A stretch of 64,000 nucleotides of DNA from Microcoleus sp. (GTDB lineage Bacteria; Cyanobacteriota; Cyanobacteriia; Cyanobacteriales; Microcoleaceae): contig CP181291.1 of the NCBI GenBank assembly GCA_052279835.1, forward strand, positions 96,001 through 160,000, given 5' to 3'. A program made the translations under genes and the position numbers. The first letter of the stretch is position 1; every line of letters begins with the position of its first letter. A model generated the notes under the pieces. The model did not search any database. It worked only from the letters and a program-made list of their open reading frames with translations, and was not told the origin of the DNA. Positions 8,530-17,474 of the stretch are shown here, piece by piece.

Positions 8530-11157
8530 ATGTGTATTCATCCCAGAGGCGACGATGAAACTCTTGACACCTGCGAAGCATTAGTAGCAGAGCAAAAATT
8601 AAAAATCCGAGAGATCGAAGAGGAGTTACAGCAACAAAAAGAATTGTGCGTATATTTACGGACACAACTCCAAGCCGTCCAATATCTCTGCGGCTTGGAT
8701 TCCAACACTCAATTGGATCTCGCCGAGACTCGCACCGGGTTCATCGCCTCTGTTCAAACCAGCCAGGAACTTTACCGAATTCAAGATATAGCAGCACAAC
8801 AGCAAGCAGAAATAGCGCTGGGATTAATTAAAAACGATCTCAAAATTAAATATCAACAGCGTACTGAGGATTTAAAAATCGCCAACCAACTGTTGCGAGA
8901 AGAAATTATCGATCGCTGGCGCACAGAAGAAGCTTTGAGGGAAAGTCAGCAACAGCTAGAACTGTTTTTTTCTCAATCTGTAGATGGCTTTTTATTTATA
9001 ATGCTAGATGAACCTGTACAGTGGGATGATACAGTTGACCAAGAACAAGTCTTGAATTTTGTATTTTCTAAGGGGCGAGTAACGAAGGCAAATGATGCTT
9101 TGATAACTCAATATGGTTCTACTAGGGAAGAGTTTATTGGTCAGCCGCTTAACTTTTTCTTATCCCACAACTTGGCTGATGGTAGAGAGGTTATTAGGCA
9201 ATTATTTGAAGCGGGCAGAATTCATATAGAATGTGACAATTGCAAGTTGGACGGGACTCCAATTTGCGTCAAAGCTGACTATATTTGCATTTATGATACT
9301 TATGGCAGAATCGTCGGATATTTTGGCATGGAGTGCGATATTAGCGCACGCAAACAAGCAGAAGCAGCAGTTAAAGAAAGCGAAGAAAGGTTTAGACAGC
9401 TAGCAGAAAATATCGAAAGTGTGTTTTGGATTAGCGATCTTCCTAAAGATGAAATGATTTACGTCAGCCCTGCTTACGAAAAGATTTGGGGTAGAAAGTG
9501 TGCGGAATTGTATGCTGCACCAAAATCTTTTTTAGAGCCGATTCATCCAGAAGATCGACAGCGAATTATTGGCAATTTACCTAAACAAATATTGGGTGAA
9601 TACGATGAAGAGTATCGATTAGTTAAACCGAATGGGGAAATTAGCTGGATTCGAGACCGCGCTTTTCCGATTACAAATGCAACGGGTGAAGTCTACCGTA
9701 TAGTTGGCATTGCAGAAGATATCAGCGAGCGAAAAAAAGTCCAAAAAGAACTACAAGATGCCAAACAAATGTACCAGCAAATTCTTGATGCTATTACAGA
9801 CATCATACTGGTAAAAGGACCAGAATCTCGCATTGTCTGGGCAAACAAAGCCTTTCGCGACTATTACCAAAGGGAAAATTCGGAACTGATAGGTAGGATT
9901 GACGCTGAGCTTCAAGAACCGGATTATACTCAGCAATATATCCTCGACGATGCCAGCGTATTCAACACTGGTGAAGTTCGGCAAATCTTAGAAGAACCTC
10001 TGAAAAATAGTTACGGAGAAGTCAACTATTTCGACACAATTAAATCACCTATTTTTGACACGGAAGGTAAAGTGGTAATGACCGTCGGAGTTTCTCGGAA
10101 TATTACCGAAAGGAAACAGGCCCAAAAAGCTCTCCGGGAAAGTGAAGAACGCTTCCGTCAGCTAGCAGAAAATATCCAAGATTCTTTCTGGCTAGTTTCT
10201 GTTGAGTTGACCGATATTTTGTATGTGAGTCCAGCTTACGAACAAATCTGGGGGCGCACCCGCGAAGATTTGTTCGCCAATAACTACAATTGGATAGAGT
10301 GGGTGCATCCTGAAGACAGAAACCTTTTGCATCATTCATTTGGGCGAATCGTTGCCGGCGAATCTACTAGCACTGAATATAGGATTTTACGTCCAGACGG
10401 CACAACTTGTTGGGTGTGCGATCGAGCTTTTCCCATTTACAATGAGTCGGGGAAACTGTATCGCGTGGCGGGTATTTGCGAAGATATCAGCGAGCGCAAA
10501 TTTGCCGAGTCGCGCCTCCAAGGAACACTGCGGGAAAAAGAAGTATTGCTCAAGGAGATTCACCACCGAGTAAAAAATAATATGCAGGTAATTTCGAGTT
10601 TGCTAGAACTTCAAGCTCAATACATTGATGATGAAGCGACGCTATTTTTATTTGCAGAAAGCCAGAGCCGGATTCATTCAATGGCTTTGATTCACGAACA
10701 ACTTTATCAATCTGATAATCTGGCTCGGATCGACATTCAAAATTACGTAGAAAACTTGGTTGCTAATTTGTTTCAATCTTTTGGTTTGTGCAATGATTCG
10801 ATCCAAATAAATCTGAATATAGAGCCAATTTATTTAAATATAGAGACAGCAATTCCTTGCGGATTGATTATTAACGAACTGGTGTCTAATTCTTTAAAAT
10901 ATGCTTTCATTCCTACTCGCCAAGGTGAAATCACAATTAATTTTTTAGAAATTGTACCAACTGAATTTCACTTAAGTATTCAAGACAATGGTCGAGGATT
11001 TCCCCCAGGGTTTGATGTAGAAAATACTGAAACCCTAGGATTGCGATTGGTTAAAATGTTGGCCCAGCAATTAGATGGAGAAATTACAATTGACAGTCAG
11101 TGTGGAATCTGTTACAATATTTTGTTTAAAGAATTAAGTTATCGGCGACGCATTTAA
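8530..11157 (+). CDS. Multi-PAS sensor histidine kinase (HisKA_2-type)
   Basis: Four PAS/PAC units ending D/NI(S/T)(E/A)RK, H-box EIHHRVKNNMQ, HATPase NELVSNSLKYA, DNGRGF, LGLRLV. ATG 8530 preferred over TTG 8401, which lies inside the MITE. Confidence 0.9.
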   Translation: MCIHPRGDDETLDTCEALVAEQKLKIREIEEELQQQKELCVYLRTQLQAVQYLCGLDSNTQLDLAETRTGFIASVQTSQELYRIQDIAAQQQAEIALGLIKNDLKIKYQQRTEDLKIANQLLREEIIDRWRTEEALRESQQQLELFFSQSVDGFLFIMLDEPVQWDDTVDQEQVLNFVFSKGRVTKANDALITQYGSTREEFIGQPLNFFLSHNLADGREVIRQLFEAGRIHIECDNCKLDGTPICVKADYICIYDTYGRIVGYFGMECDISARKQAEAAVKESEERFRQLAENIESVFWISDLPKDEMIYVSPAYEKIWGRKCAELYAAPKSFLEPIHPEDRQRIIGNLPKQILGEYDEEYRLVKPNGEISWIRDRAFPITNATGEVYRIVGIAEDISERKKVQKELQDAKQMYQQILDAITDIILVKGPESRIVWANKAFRDYYQRENSELIGRIDAELQEPDYTQQYILDDASVFNTGEVRQILEEPLKNSYGEVNYFDTIKSPIFDTEGKVVMTVGVSRNITERKQAQKALRESEERFRQLAENIQDSFWLVSVELTDILYVSPAYEQIWGRTREDLFANNYNWIEWVHPEDRNLLHHSFGRIVAGESTSTEYRILRPDGTTCWVCDRAFPIYNESGKLYRVAGICEDISERKFAESRLQGTLREKEVLLKEIHHRVKNNMQVISSLLELQAQYIDDEATLFLFAESQSRIHSMALIHEQLYQSDNLARIDIQNYVENLVANLFQSFGLCNDSIQINLNIEPIYLNIETAIPCGLIINELVSNSLKYAFIPTRQGEITINFLEIVPTEFHLSIQDNGRGFPPGFDVENTETLGLRLVKMLAQQLDGEITIDSQCGICYNILFKELSYRRRI

Positions 11158-11298
11158 AATAATTTGATTTGCGGATATATCTGTACACAAACAGTTAAGC
11201 GTTACATTGAACCTCTTTGAGAGTAGGCATGATTTATCCTGCAACGCCCTTTCATCCCTGGACTAAAGTCACAGGGTTTTCAGGGTATTTCTTATAAT

Positions 11299-12009
11299 TT
11301 AAGAGACGGATTTTTGCTGGCTAGGTATCATCACCAGAGCCCAATAGGGAACTTCTGCCGGATCGACATCTGCGATCGCCCGAATGCGCTGATTTGGCAT
11401 AGTTGCTCGTTCAATATATAATGCTCGATCGAACTGTCCCAACTCAATCAACACATCCTTGACTTTGGCAAAGTGGCGGCCCAGCTTAATAATCACAGCA
11501 GCATCAACCAGTGCCAGTCGATCGCGCAAAACCTCAGCATCGAGAGTCGCAGGCATAATACTTAACACATCATTGCGGTAAGTAAGCGGCACTCCCAAGG
11601 CACTTGCACTCGCCATTGTCGAAGAAATTCCCGGCACAACTTCCGTCGTAAATGTTCCCGACAAACGGTTAAATAGATACATAAAAGTGCCGTAGAGAAA
11701 AGGTTCCCCCTCACATAGCACAGCCACATCCCGTCCCTCGCCCAGATGGTCCGCAATCTTCTCGGCCGCAATATCATAATAAGGTTGAGACGATCGCGTC
11801 GGACTAAAAGGCAGTGGCATCGGAATCTCAATTTGTTCCGGGCGAAGATAATCTGCGACGATCGCCCGCGCCAACACCTTACCATTTTCCATGGCCGGAT
11901 AAGCAATCACCGGGACCGATCGCAAAATCCGATAAGCCTTCAAAGTAATCAACTCAGGATCGCCAGGACCAATACCCAAACCGTACAATTTACCAGTAGT
12001 CTTAGTCAT
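11299..12009 (-). CDS. cobI: Precorrin-2 C20-methyltransferase
   Basis: [38 protein letters not shown]; last gene of the cobG-H-I cluster. Confidence 0.92.
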   Translation of the reverse strand: MTKTTGKLYGLGIGPGDPELITLKAYRILRSVPVIAYPAMENGKVLARAIVADYLRPEQIEIPMPLPFSPTRSSQPYYDIAAEKIADHLGEGRDVAVLCEGEPFLYGTFMYLFNRLSGTFTTEVVPGISSTMASASALGVPLTYRNDVLSIMPATLDAEVLRDRLALVDAAVIIKLGRHFAKVKDVLIELGQFDRALYIERATMPNQRIRAIADVDPAEVPYWALVMIPSQQKSVS

Positions 12010-12636
12010 AATTCGTCCTTTTTCGCTAACGCATTTACTGCCGCCGTTGCCATTGCACTGCCACCCCGCCTTCCGTGCACTGTAATAAACGGCACACCCC
12101 GACTGTTGGCAGCGAGTTCCGCTTTGGATTCGGCGGCACCGACAAATCCTACGGGGAAACCCAGAATTAAAGCTGGTTTCGGAGCTCCATCATCCAACAT
12201 TTCCAGCAGTCGAAACAAAGCAGTGGGGGCATTACCAATAGCCACTACCGCCCCCTCCAAATCATTTAGCCACAAATCAAGGGCTGCGGCCGATCGAGTA
12301 TTTCCGATTTTTTGCGCCAACTCCGGGGACATGGGGATGCCAGAGGGTGCAAATCACCGTATTGTCGGCGGGGAGGCGTTTGCGGGTGATCCCTTCGGCT
12401 ACCATGCGGGAATCGCAGAGGATGGGCGCGCCGGCGGCAAGGGCGTTGCGCCCAGCAGTGGCGGCACCGGGGGAGGCTGCTAAGTCTGTGACAATATCTG
12501 TCATGCCGCAACTGTGTATCAGGCGCACTGCGACGGATTCTAAGTCGGGGGGCAAGTTTGACAAGTCTGCTTCGGCGCGAATTGTGGCGAAGGATTTGGT
12601 GTAGATTTCTGTTCCGTCTTTAATATAGTCAAGCAT
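12006..12636 (-). pseudogene. cobH: Precorrin-8X methylmutase, split by a +1 frameshift at about 12325-12328 (likely sequencing error)
   Basis: ORF 12277-12636 gives IYTKSFATIR..RLIHSCG; ORF 12006-12332 gives [33 protein letters not shown]. Removing one C restores ...[14 protein letters not shown]. Confidence 0.88.
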
Positions 12637-12712
12637 TATTTAAAACTGGATCTTTTTTGAATGAACCGCGAAGGCGCTAAGGGCGCGAAGGAAGAAAGAG
12701 GAAGAAAGAGGT

Positions 12713-14164
12713 TCACTTGTGGTTTGGTTTTTTGGGGTTAAGGAATTGCTGCAATTGGTCGATCGCACTTCGATCTACAAATTCGCCCAAGGATTCGTCT
12801 GGCGATCGCCATCGCTGGTATATTTGCAGCAATTTGTTTGTAAAACTTGCAATCTCTGCAACTCTTACGCCCTGGAAAATTTTCCGCCCAAAAGGCGAGT
12901 CTGTTGTACCTGCGTAAATGTCGTAACCTGCGATGGTTTCGTTTTGTTGTTTTATCTGAATTCCCACTAACGTTATGTCAATGGGAGAATGTTGGGCGCA
13001 GGATTTTTCGCAACCGCTGAAATGAATGTTAATTGGGCGATCGATCTGCAATTTTTGGGCTAAATCCTTCACCATTGCTAGGGCGTGGGTTTGGGTATCT
13101 GTCATCGCCGATGCACAGCCAGTGTTGCCGGCACAAGCAACTAAACATGAGTCTAGATTGGTTGCGGATGAGTGCAATCCCAAACGGGCGATCGACTTTT
13201 CGAGTTCGCTAAGGCGGTGGTTCGGGATGTCATAAATCAACAGATTTTGCCAAGGCGTGAGCCTGAGAGTGCCTCCGCCGAAGTTTTGGGCTAAATTTGC
13301 CAAATCTCGCAGTTGTTGCGATTTTAGCCTACCTAATGGCAGCGCAATTCCGATGTAGGAGAAACCGGATTGTTGTTGGGGGTGAATGCCGAGATGTTGG
13401 TAATTGGCTAGGGATTTTTCAGACGGAGCGATCGAGCTTTGCTGCAATACAAAAGGTAAATTATGCTGTATCTGTTCGAGATATTTTTCCACACCCCAAT
13501 CTGCCAGCAGGTGACGCAAACGCGGTTTTTTACCTTCAATTCGAGGCTGATTTTTTGTGTATTGAAGATAAACGCTAGCGATGGCTGCTAATACTGAAAT
13601 ACATTGCGATTCTTGAATTATAATCCCTGTGTCGCCGTTTAAATACAGCCGAAGCACGATTTCTGAATCAGCAGATCGCCTTTCTGCTGCTAATAAAATA
13701 TCGTTGCGAATAGCGCGGATCGAAACCGATTCTCCGCCGTCAAAACCGACACTGAATTTAGGCGAAAGTTCCGCAAGTTCGGGATGGGTTTGCAGATAAT
13801 TATCCCAATCTGTAACTAGGGGGCGAGTATCGAGTAACGATTGGCGATCGATACCCGCTGTTGGACTGGCCATAATATTGCGAATCGGGTCAATTTCAAC
13901 TAAGCGAGATGCTAATCCCAATGCTTGCAAATTCTGCCAGACTTCAGCAGAAATTGCCGAGTTCAAGTTTCGGATTTGCAAATTCGCGCGATTTGTTACT
14001 TGCACGTAGCCCGTACCGTATCGATCGACTAAATCCGCGATCGCCCCACACTGCGCTACATTTAAAATTCCGCCCGGAATCCGCATCCTCGATAATATTC
14101 CGTCTCTGGCTCTGGAACCAGAAAATAAGCCCGGACAAGTCGGTAATTCACTCAAACTTAACAA
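12713..14164 (-). CDS. cobG: Precorrin-3B synthase (nitrite/sulfite reductase-like Fe-S protein)
   Basis: CPGL..ARDG.LSRMRIPGG, TNRANLQIR, RNIMASP, LRLTPWQ, CAGNTGC and HFSGCEKSC Cys motifs; heads the cobH-cobI cluster. TTG start with GGAGG RBS. Confidence 0.88.
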   Translation of the reverse strand: MLSLSELPTCPGLFSGSRARDGILSRMRIPGGILNVAQCGAIADLVDRYGTGYVQVTNRANLQIRNLNSAISAEVWQNLQALGLASRLVEIDPIRNIMASPTAGIDRQSLLDTRPLVTDWDNYLQTHPELAELSPKFSVGFDGGESVSIRAIRNDILLAAERRSADSEIVLRLYLNGDTGIIIQESQCISVLAAIASVYLQYTKNQPRIEGKKPRLRHLLADWGVEKYLEQIQHNLPFVLQQSSIAPSEKSLANYQHLGIHPQQQSGFSYIGIALPLGRLKSQQLRDLANLAQNFGGGTLRLTPWQNLLIYDIPNHRLSELEKSIARLGLHSSATNLDSCLVACAGNTGCASAMTDTQTHALAMVKDLAQKLQIDRPINIHFSGCEKSCAQHSPIDITLVGIQIKQQNETIAGYDIYAGTTDSPFGRKIFQGVRVAEIASFTNKLLQIYQRWRSPDESLGEFVDRSAIDQLQQFLNPKKPNHK

Positions 14165-14169
14165 ATAAA

Positions 14170-14282
14170 CTCCTCCCCGTGCGACGCAGGGAATCTAAAG
14201 TAAACTCCTGAAATCGGCATTCTGGCTTTGACAGTTGCGGCACAGCGCCGGAATTACACCGGACTTTCCCGCTTTCAGGTTT
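14170..14282 (-). ncRNA. Cobalamin riboswitch (compact, class II-like) in the cobG leader
   Basis: Minus strand: CCTGAAAGC-GGGAAAGTCCGGTGTAATTCCGGCGCTGTGCCGCAACTGT-CAA-AGCCAGAATGCC-GA-TTTCAGG. B12-box motifs, a 7-bp closing stem, then a short hairpin next to the GGAGG RBS. Confidence 0.88.
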
Positions 14283-14385
14283 AAGAAAGGTATCACAATT
14301 TTGCCCCCCAAAACCAAAACCCTCAATTTTCTTAACAAATTCCCCCTCGCCTAATTGCCTTGAGTAATGAAAAATCGCCTAGTTT

Positions 14386-14655
14386 TCAATCAGGTTCGGT
14401 AGGGGAGTTAAAACAAAAACAAACCAATGACAAACCAAAGGTAGCCACAGGTAAAATATCTCCAAACATCATTGTATCTTGTTGATATTCCGTCGGCTGA
14501 GTTTCTCCCTCGATATTTCTAGGAGTTAAAATTTGTTCCAGAGAATTCACATTATTAGAATTAGTGAAGGCTGGCAATTCATCGGGTTTAACTGGAGAGG
14601 TGATGCTGAGAGTAGTCCAGAAAAACATTAAGGTTAAAATATTTAGGTATTTCAT
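14386..14655 (-). CDS. Small hypothetical membrane/secreted protein
   Basis: 89 aa, ATG start, hydrophobic N-terminus and a C-terminal hydrophobic stretch; no family recognised. Confidence 0.45.
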   Translation of the reverse strand: MKYLNILTLMFFWTTLSITSPVKPDELPAFTNSNNVNSLEQILTPRNIEGETQPTEYQQDTMMFGDILPVATFGLSLVCFCFNSPTEPD

Positions 14656-14954
14656 AGTAAAGACCCCGTTGTAAGTAATATAAATAAAAGGCTGAACGTT
14701 TTAGGTGTTTTGTTTGCCTCTACTTAAACTTTAGGGAAAAAGACGAATTACTAAACAACTAAAAGTGTCACTTTTTCTATGTGGCTTGTATTTGGTGACT
14801 TACCTAAATGCTGAAATGGCTGGAAAGCTTGTATCAAGGAAGTTGCCAACCAGGCGATTTAGTTTTTAGCTGTAGTCAATTAGTCAACTGGCTGTTGTCC
14901 AATATGCTGGAAATAGATTCATGCTGAGTGGCAAAAATTGCAGGAGTAGGGCTG

Positions 14955-16166
14955 ATGGTAGACAAATGGCTTTCGGTGGTGGGGATTGGGGAAGATGGAT
15001 TATCGGGATTGAGTTCGATCGCCCGTACCCTGCTCGATCGCGCTCGAGTTGTTGTCGGCGGTGCCCGTCACCTCGCCATGCTACCCACCGACGACACCAG
15101 GGAAAAATTGCTCTGGGCTTCACCTTTACAAGCCACAGTCGATGAGATTATCCGTCGCCAGGGTGAGTCGATTTGCGTGCTCGCCAGTGGCGATCCGATG
15201 TGTCACGGAATTGGTGTCACCCTGTCGCGCCGGATTCCGATCGCCGAAATGATGATAATTCCCGCAGCATCAGCCTTCAGTCTCATCTGCGCCCGTCTGG
15301 GTTGGGCTTTGGCGGAGGTTGAGACTTTCAGTTTGACAAATCGCCCAGTGGCCTCCATCGCCCTTTCTCTATATCCGGGGGCGCGGTTGTTAGTTTTAAG
15401 TGCCGATCAACACACGCCCGCTCTTGTGGCGAAAATGTTGACACAGCGGGGGTTTGGTAGCAGTTTGATGACTGTGTTTGAGCGGATGGGGGGGAACTCG
15501 GAACGGCGGATTGAAGCGGTTGCAGCAGCCTGGAATGCGACGGATTTGGCCGATTTGAATGCGATCGCGATTGTAGTTGCAGCCGATGGCGAAACTGCGA
15601 TTTTCCCTCGCACCTCTGGTTTGGCGGATGGTGCCTATCTCCACGACGGACAACTTACCAAACGGGAGGTTCGAGCCGTTACTCTGTCAACGTTGGCACC
15701 GGTTCCGGGTGAGTTGCTGTGGGATGTGGGGGCGGGTTGCGGCTCGATCGCGATCGAATGGATGCGCAGTCATCGGGGTTGTCGGGCGATCGCGATCGAA
15801 CGCCATCCAACTCGACTGCAATACATCGCTGAAAACGCTTCTAATTTGGGTGTTTCGGAACTTCAAATTGTGGCGGGAGAGGCGCCGGATGCTTTGGCTT
15901 CTTTGCCTCAACCGGATGCTATTTTCATCGGTGGTGGTGTCACCGCAGAAGCTTTACTGGAAACCTGTTGGAATGCTTTGGGTGAGGGCGGCCGATTAGT
16001 TGTGAATGCGGTGACTATTGAGAGTGAGTTGAAGGTTTTACAATGGCATTCTTTACACGGCGGGGAGTTAATTAGAATTGGGATTCAGCGGGTTGGGGCG
16101 ATCGGTTCTTTTCAGGGTTGGAAGCCGCTTGCACCGATTACTCAGTGGGCGGTTGTTAAGGGGTAA
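14955..16166 (+). CDS. cbiET: Bifunctional precorrin-6Y C5,15-methyltransferase (CbiE/CbiT fusion, CobL)
   Basis: VVGIGEDG, LASGDPM, HDGQLTKREVR, WDVGAGCGSIAIEW, PDAIFIGGG. ATG 14955 follows AGGAG. Confidence 0.92.
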   Translation: MVDKWLSVVGIGEDGLSGLSSIARTLLDRARVVVGGARHLAMLPTDDTREKLLWASPLQATVDEIIRRQGESICVLASGDPMCHGIGVTLSRRIPIAEMMIIPAASAFSLICARLGWALAEVETFSLTNRPVASIALSLYPGARLLVLSADQHTPALVAKMLTQRGFGSSLMTVFERMGGNSERRIEAVAAAWNATDLADLNAIAIVVAADGETAIFPRTSGLADGAYLHDGQLTKREVRAVTLSTLAPVPGELLWDVGAGCGSIAIEWMRSHRGCRAIAIERHPTRLQYIAENASNLGVSELQIVAGEAPDALASLPQPDAIFIGGGVTAEALLETCWNALGEGGRLVVNAVTIESELKVLQWHSLHGGELIRIGIQRVGAIGSFQGWKPLAPITQWAVVKG

Positions 16167-16373
16167 TTCCGATGATTAAATACGAATATTTAACCGCAGA
16201 GTGCGCAGAGAACACAGAGGAAGAGATCGGAGAGATGAATCATTATAAGTTAGCGATTCATTTGACTATTTTCTCCCCTACAGGGTTGCATACAATAATT
16301 TTCACTTGATGTCGTTTGAATGATGCTTTTATGCTAAGATGAAGGCAGGTTTACATTGTCTTATGAGGTCGTT

Positions 16374-16760
16374 ATGACCAGTTCGCTATCGTCTACAAGT
16401 ATTTCTCGCTATGTCACCCGCAATCCAGAGGTTTTGCAGGGCGAACCGATTATTGCAGGCACTCAAGTTACTGTACGGGATATTGTGGTGTTTTGGAAAT
16501 CGGGAATCAAGCCGGAAGAAATCCCGCAGAAGTTACTGCAACTCGTAACGGCTGCTCAAGTGTTTGATGCGATTAGCTTTTATCTGGACAATCAGCCCGA
16601 AATTGACGATCGGATTGCTTGGTACGAGGCGCGTCCGATGTTGAATGTTTCACCTCTTTTGAGATGCAATCCGTTGCTGAATGAAGTCATGGAATATGTT
16701 GCAGCCTATCGGCGCGATCGAAATGCCGAGAGCGATTTTCCTGAGTCTGAGACCCTATGA
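16374..16760 (+). CDS. DUF433 domain antitoxin
   Basis: NPEVLQGEPIIAGTQVTVRDIV...AQVFDAISFYLDN; ATGA overlap with the PIN gene. Confidence 0.85.
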   Translation: MTSSLSSTSISRYVTRNPEVLQGEPIIAGTQVTVRDIVVFWKSGIKPEEIPQKLLQLVTAAQVFDAISFYLDNQPEIDDRIAWYEARPMLNVSPLLRCNPLLNEVMEYVAAYRRDRNAESDFPESETL

Positions 16761-17182
16761 CTCAATATATTCTCGATACCGACCATATCACACTGCTGCA
16801 ACACTCTAATCCACTCATATTGCAACGTTTTGAAACTCTCCACACCAGCGATGTTGCTATTACTGTCATCAGTGTTGAGGAATTGATTCAGGGCTGGTTC
16901 AATGCAATTCGACAAGCTTCGCAACCCGGACAGCAGCAACGCTTAACTTGGGCTTATGTGGGATTGCGATCGGCTGTTAAATTTCTCAACGATTTTCTCG
17001 TTCTGGATTTTACCGAGTCAGCTTACGAGCAATATTTGGCGCTGCGCCGTCAGGGAATACGAATTGGGACACAAGATTTGCGGATTGCGTCCATTGCTTT
17101 GGTTAATAACTCAATTTTAGTGACGCGAAATCGAAAAGATTTTGCACAATTGCCAGGGCTGGTTTTGGAGGATTGGACATAA
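16757..17182 (+). CDS. VapC-family PIN toxin
   Basis: YILDTDH, SVEE, IGTQDLRIASIAL, LVTRNRKDF, LEDW. Confidence 0.9.
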   Translation: MTQYILDTDHITLLQHSNPLILQRFETLHTSDVAITVISVEELIQGWFNAIRQASQPGQQQRLTWAYVGLRSAVKFLNDFLVLDFTESAYEQYLALRRQGIRIGTQDLRIASIALVNNSILVTRNRKDFAQLPGLVLEDWT

Positions 17183-17199
17183 CAACAATAATGCACTCA

Positions 17200-17424
17200 T
17201 TACATATACTCCTGGAAATCCTCTAATGGTGCATCAAAATCATCAGCAAGCGGTAAGACAAACGTGCCTTTCATCATCCCGGCTTGACGTTTCTTTTGAG
17301 GAGGATTTACGGCAACCTCGTTATTTGCATATTTTGCCGCTAAGAATTCTACATAGTGCAAAACTTCCTGTTTCAGGGAATCTGGCAATTTGACTAAGGT
17401 TTCTAGGATTGTGGTTTCTAGCAT
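17200..17424 (-). CDS. DUF2281 family (orphan antitoxin-like) protein
   Basis: LPDSLKQEVLHYVEFL and C-terminal RQAG.MKG..LADDFDAPLEDFQEYM. Confidence 0.8.
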   Translation of the reverse strand: MLETTILETLVKLPDSLKQEVLHYVEFLAAKYANNEVAVNPPQKKRQAGMMKGTFVLPLADDFDAPLEDFQEYM

Positions 17425-17474
17425 TAGATCGCCTCTTGCTGGATAAAATTATGATAACAATTGTCAACCGAAAC

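Noticed and set aside
11244..11297. IS200/IS605-like end sequences (also about 56211-56247)
   Set aside because: Short hairpins reminiscent of IS ends, but no tnpA/tnpB or paired end is visible, so no element can be supported.
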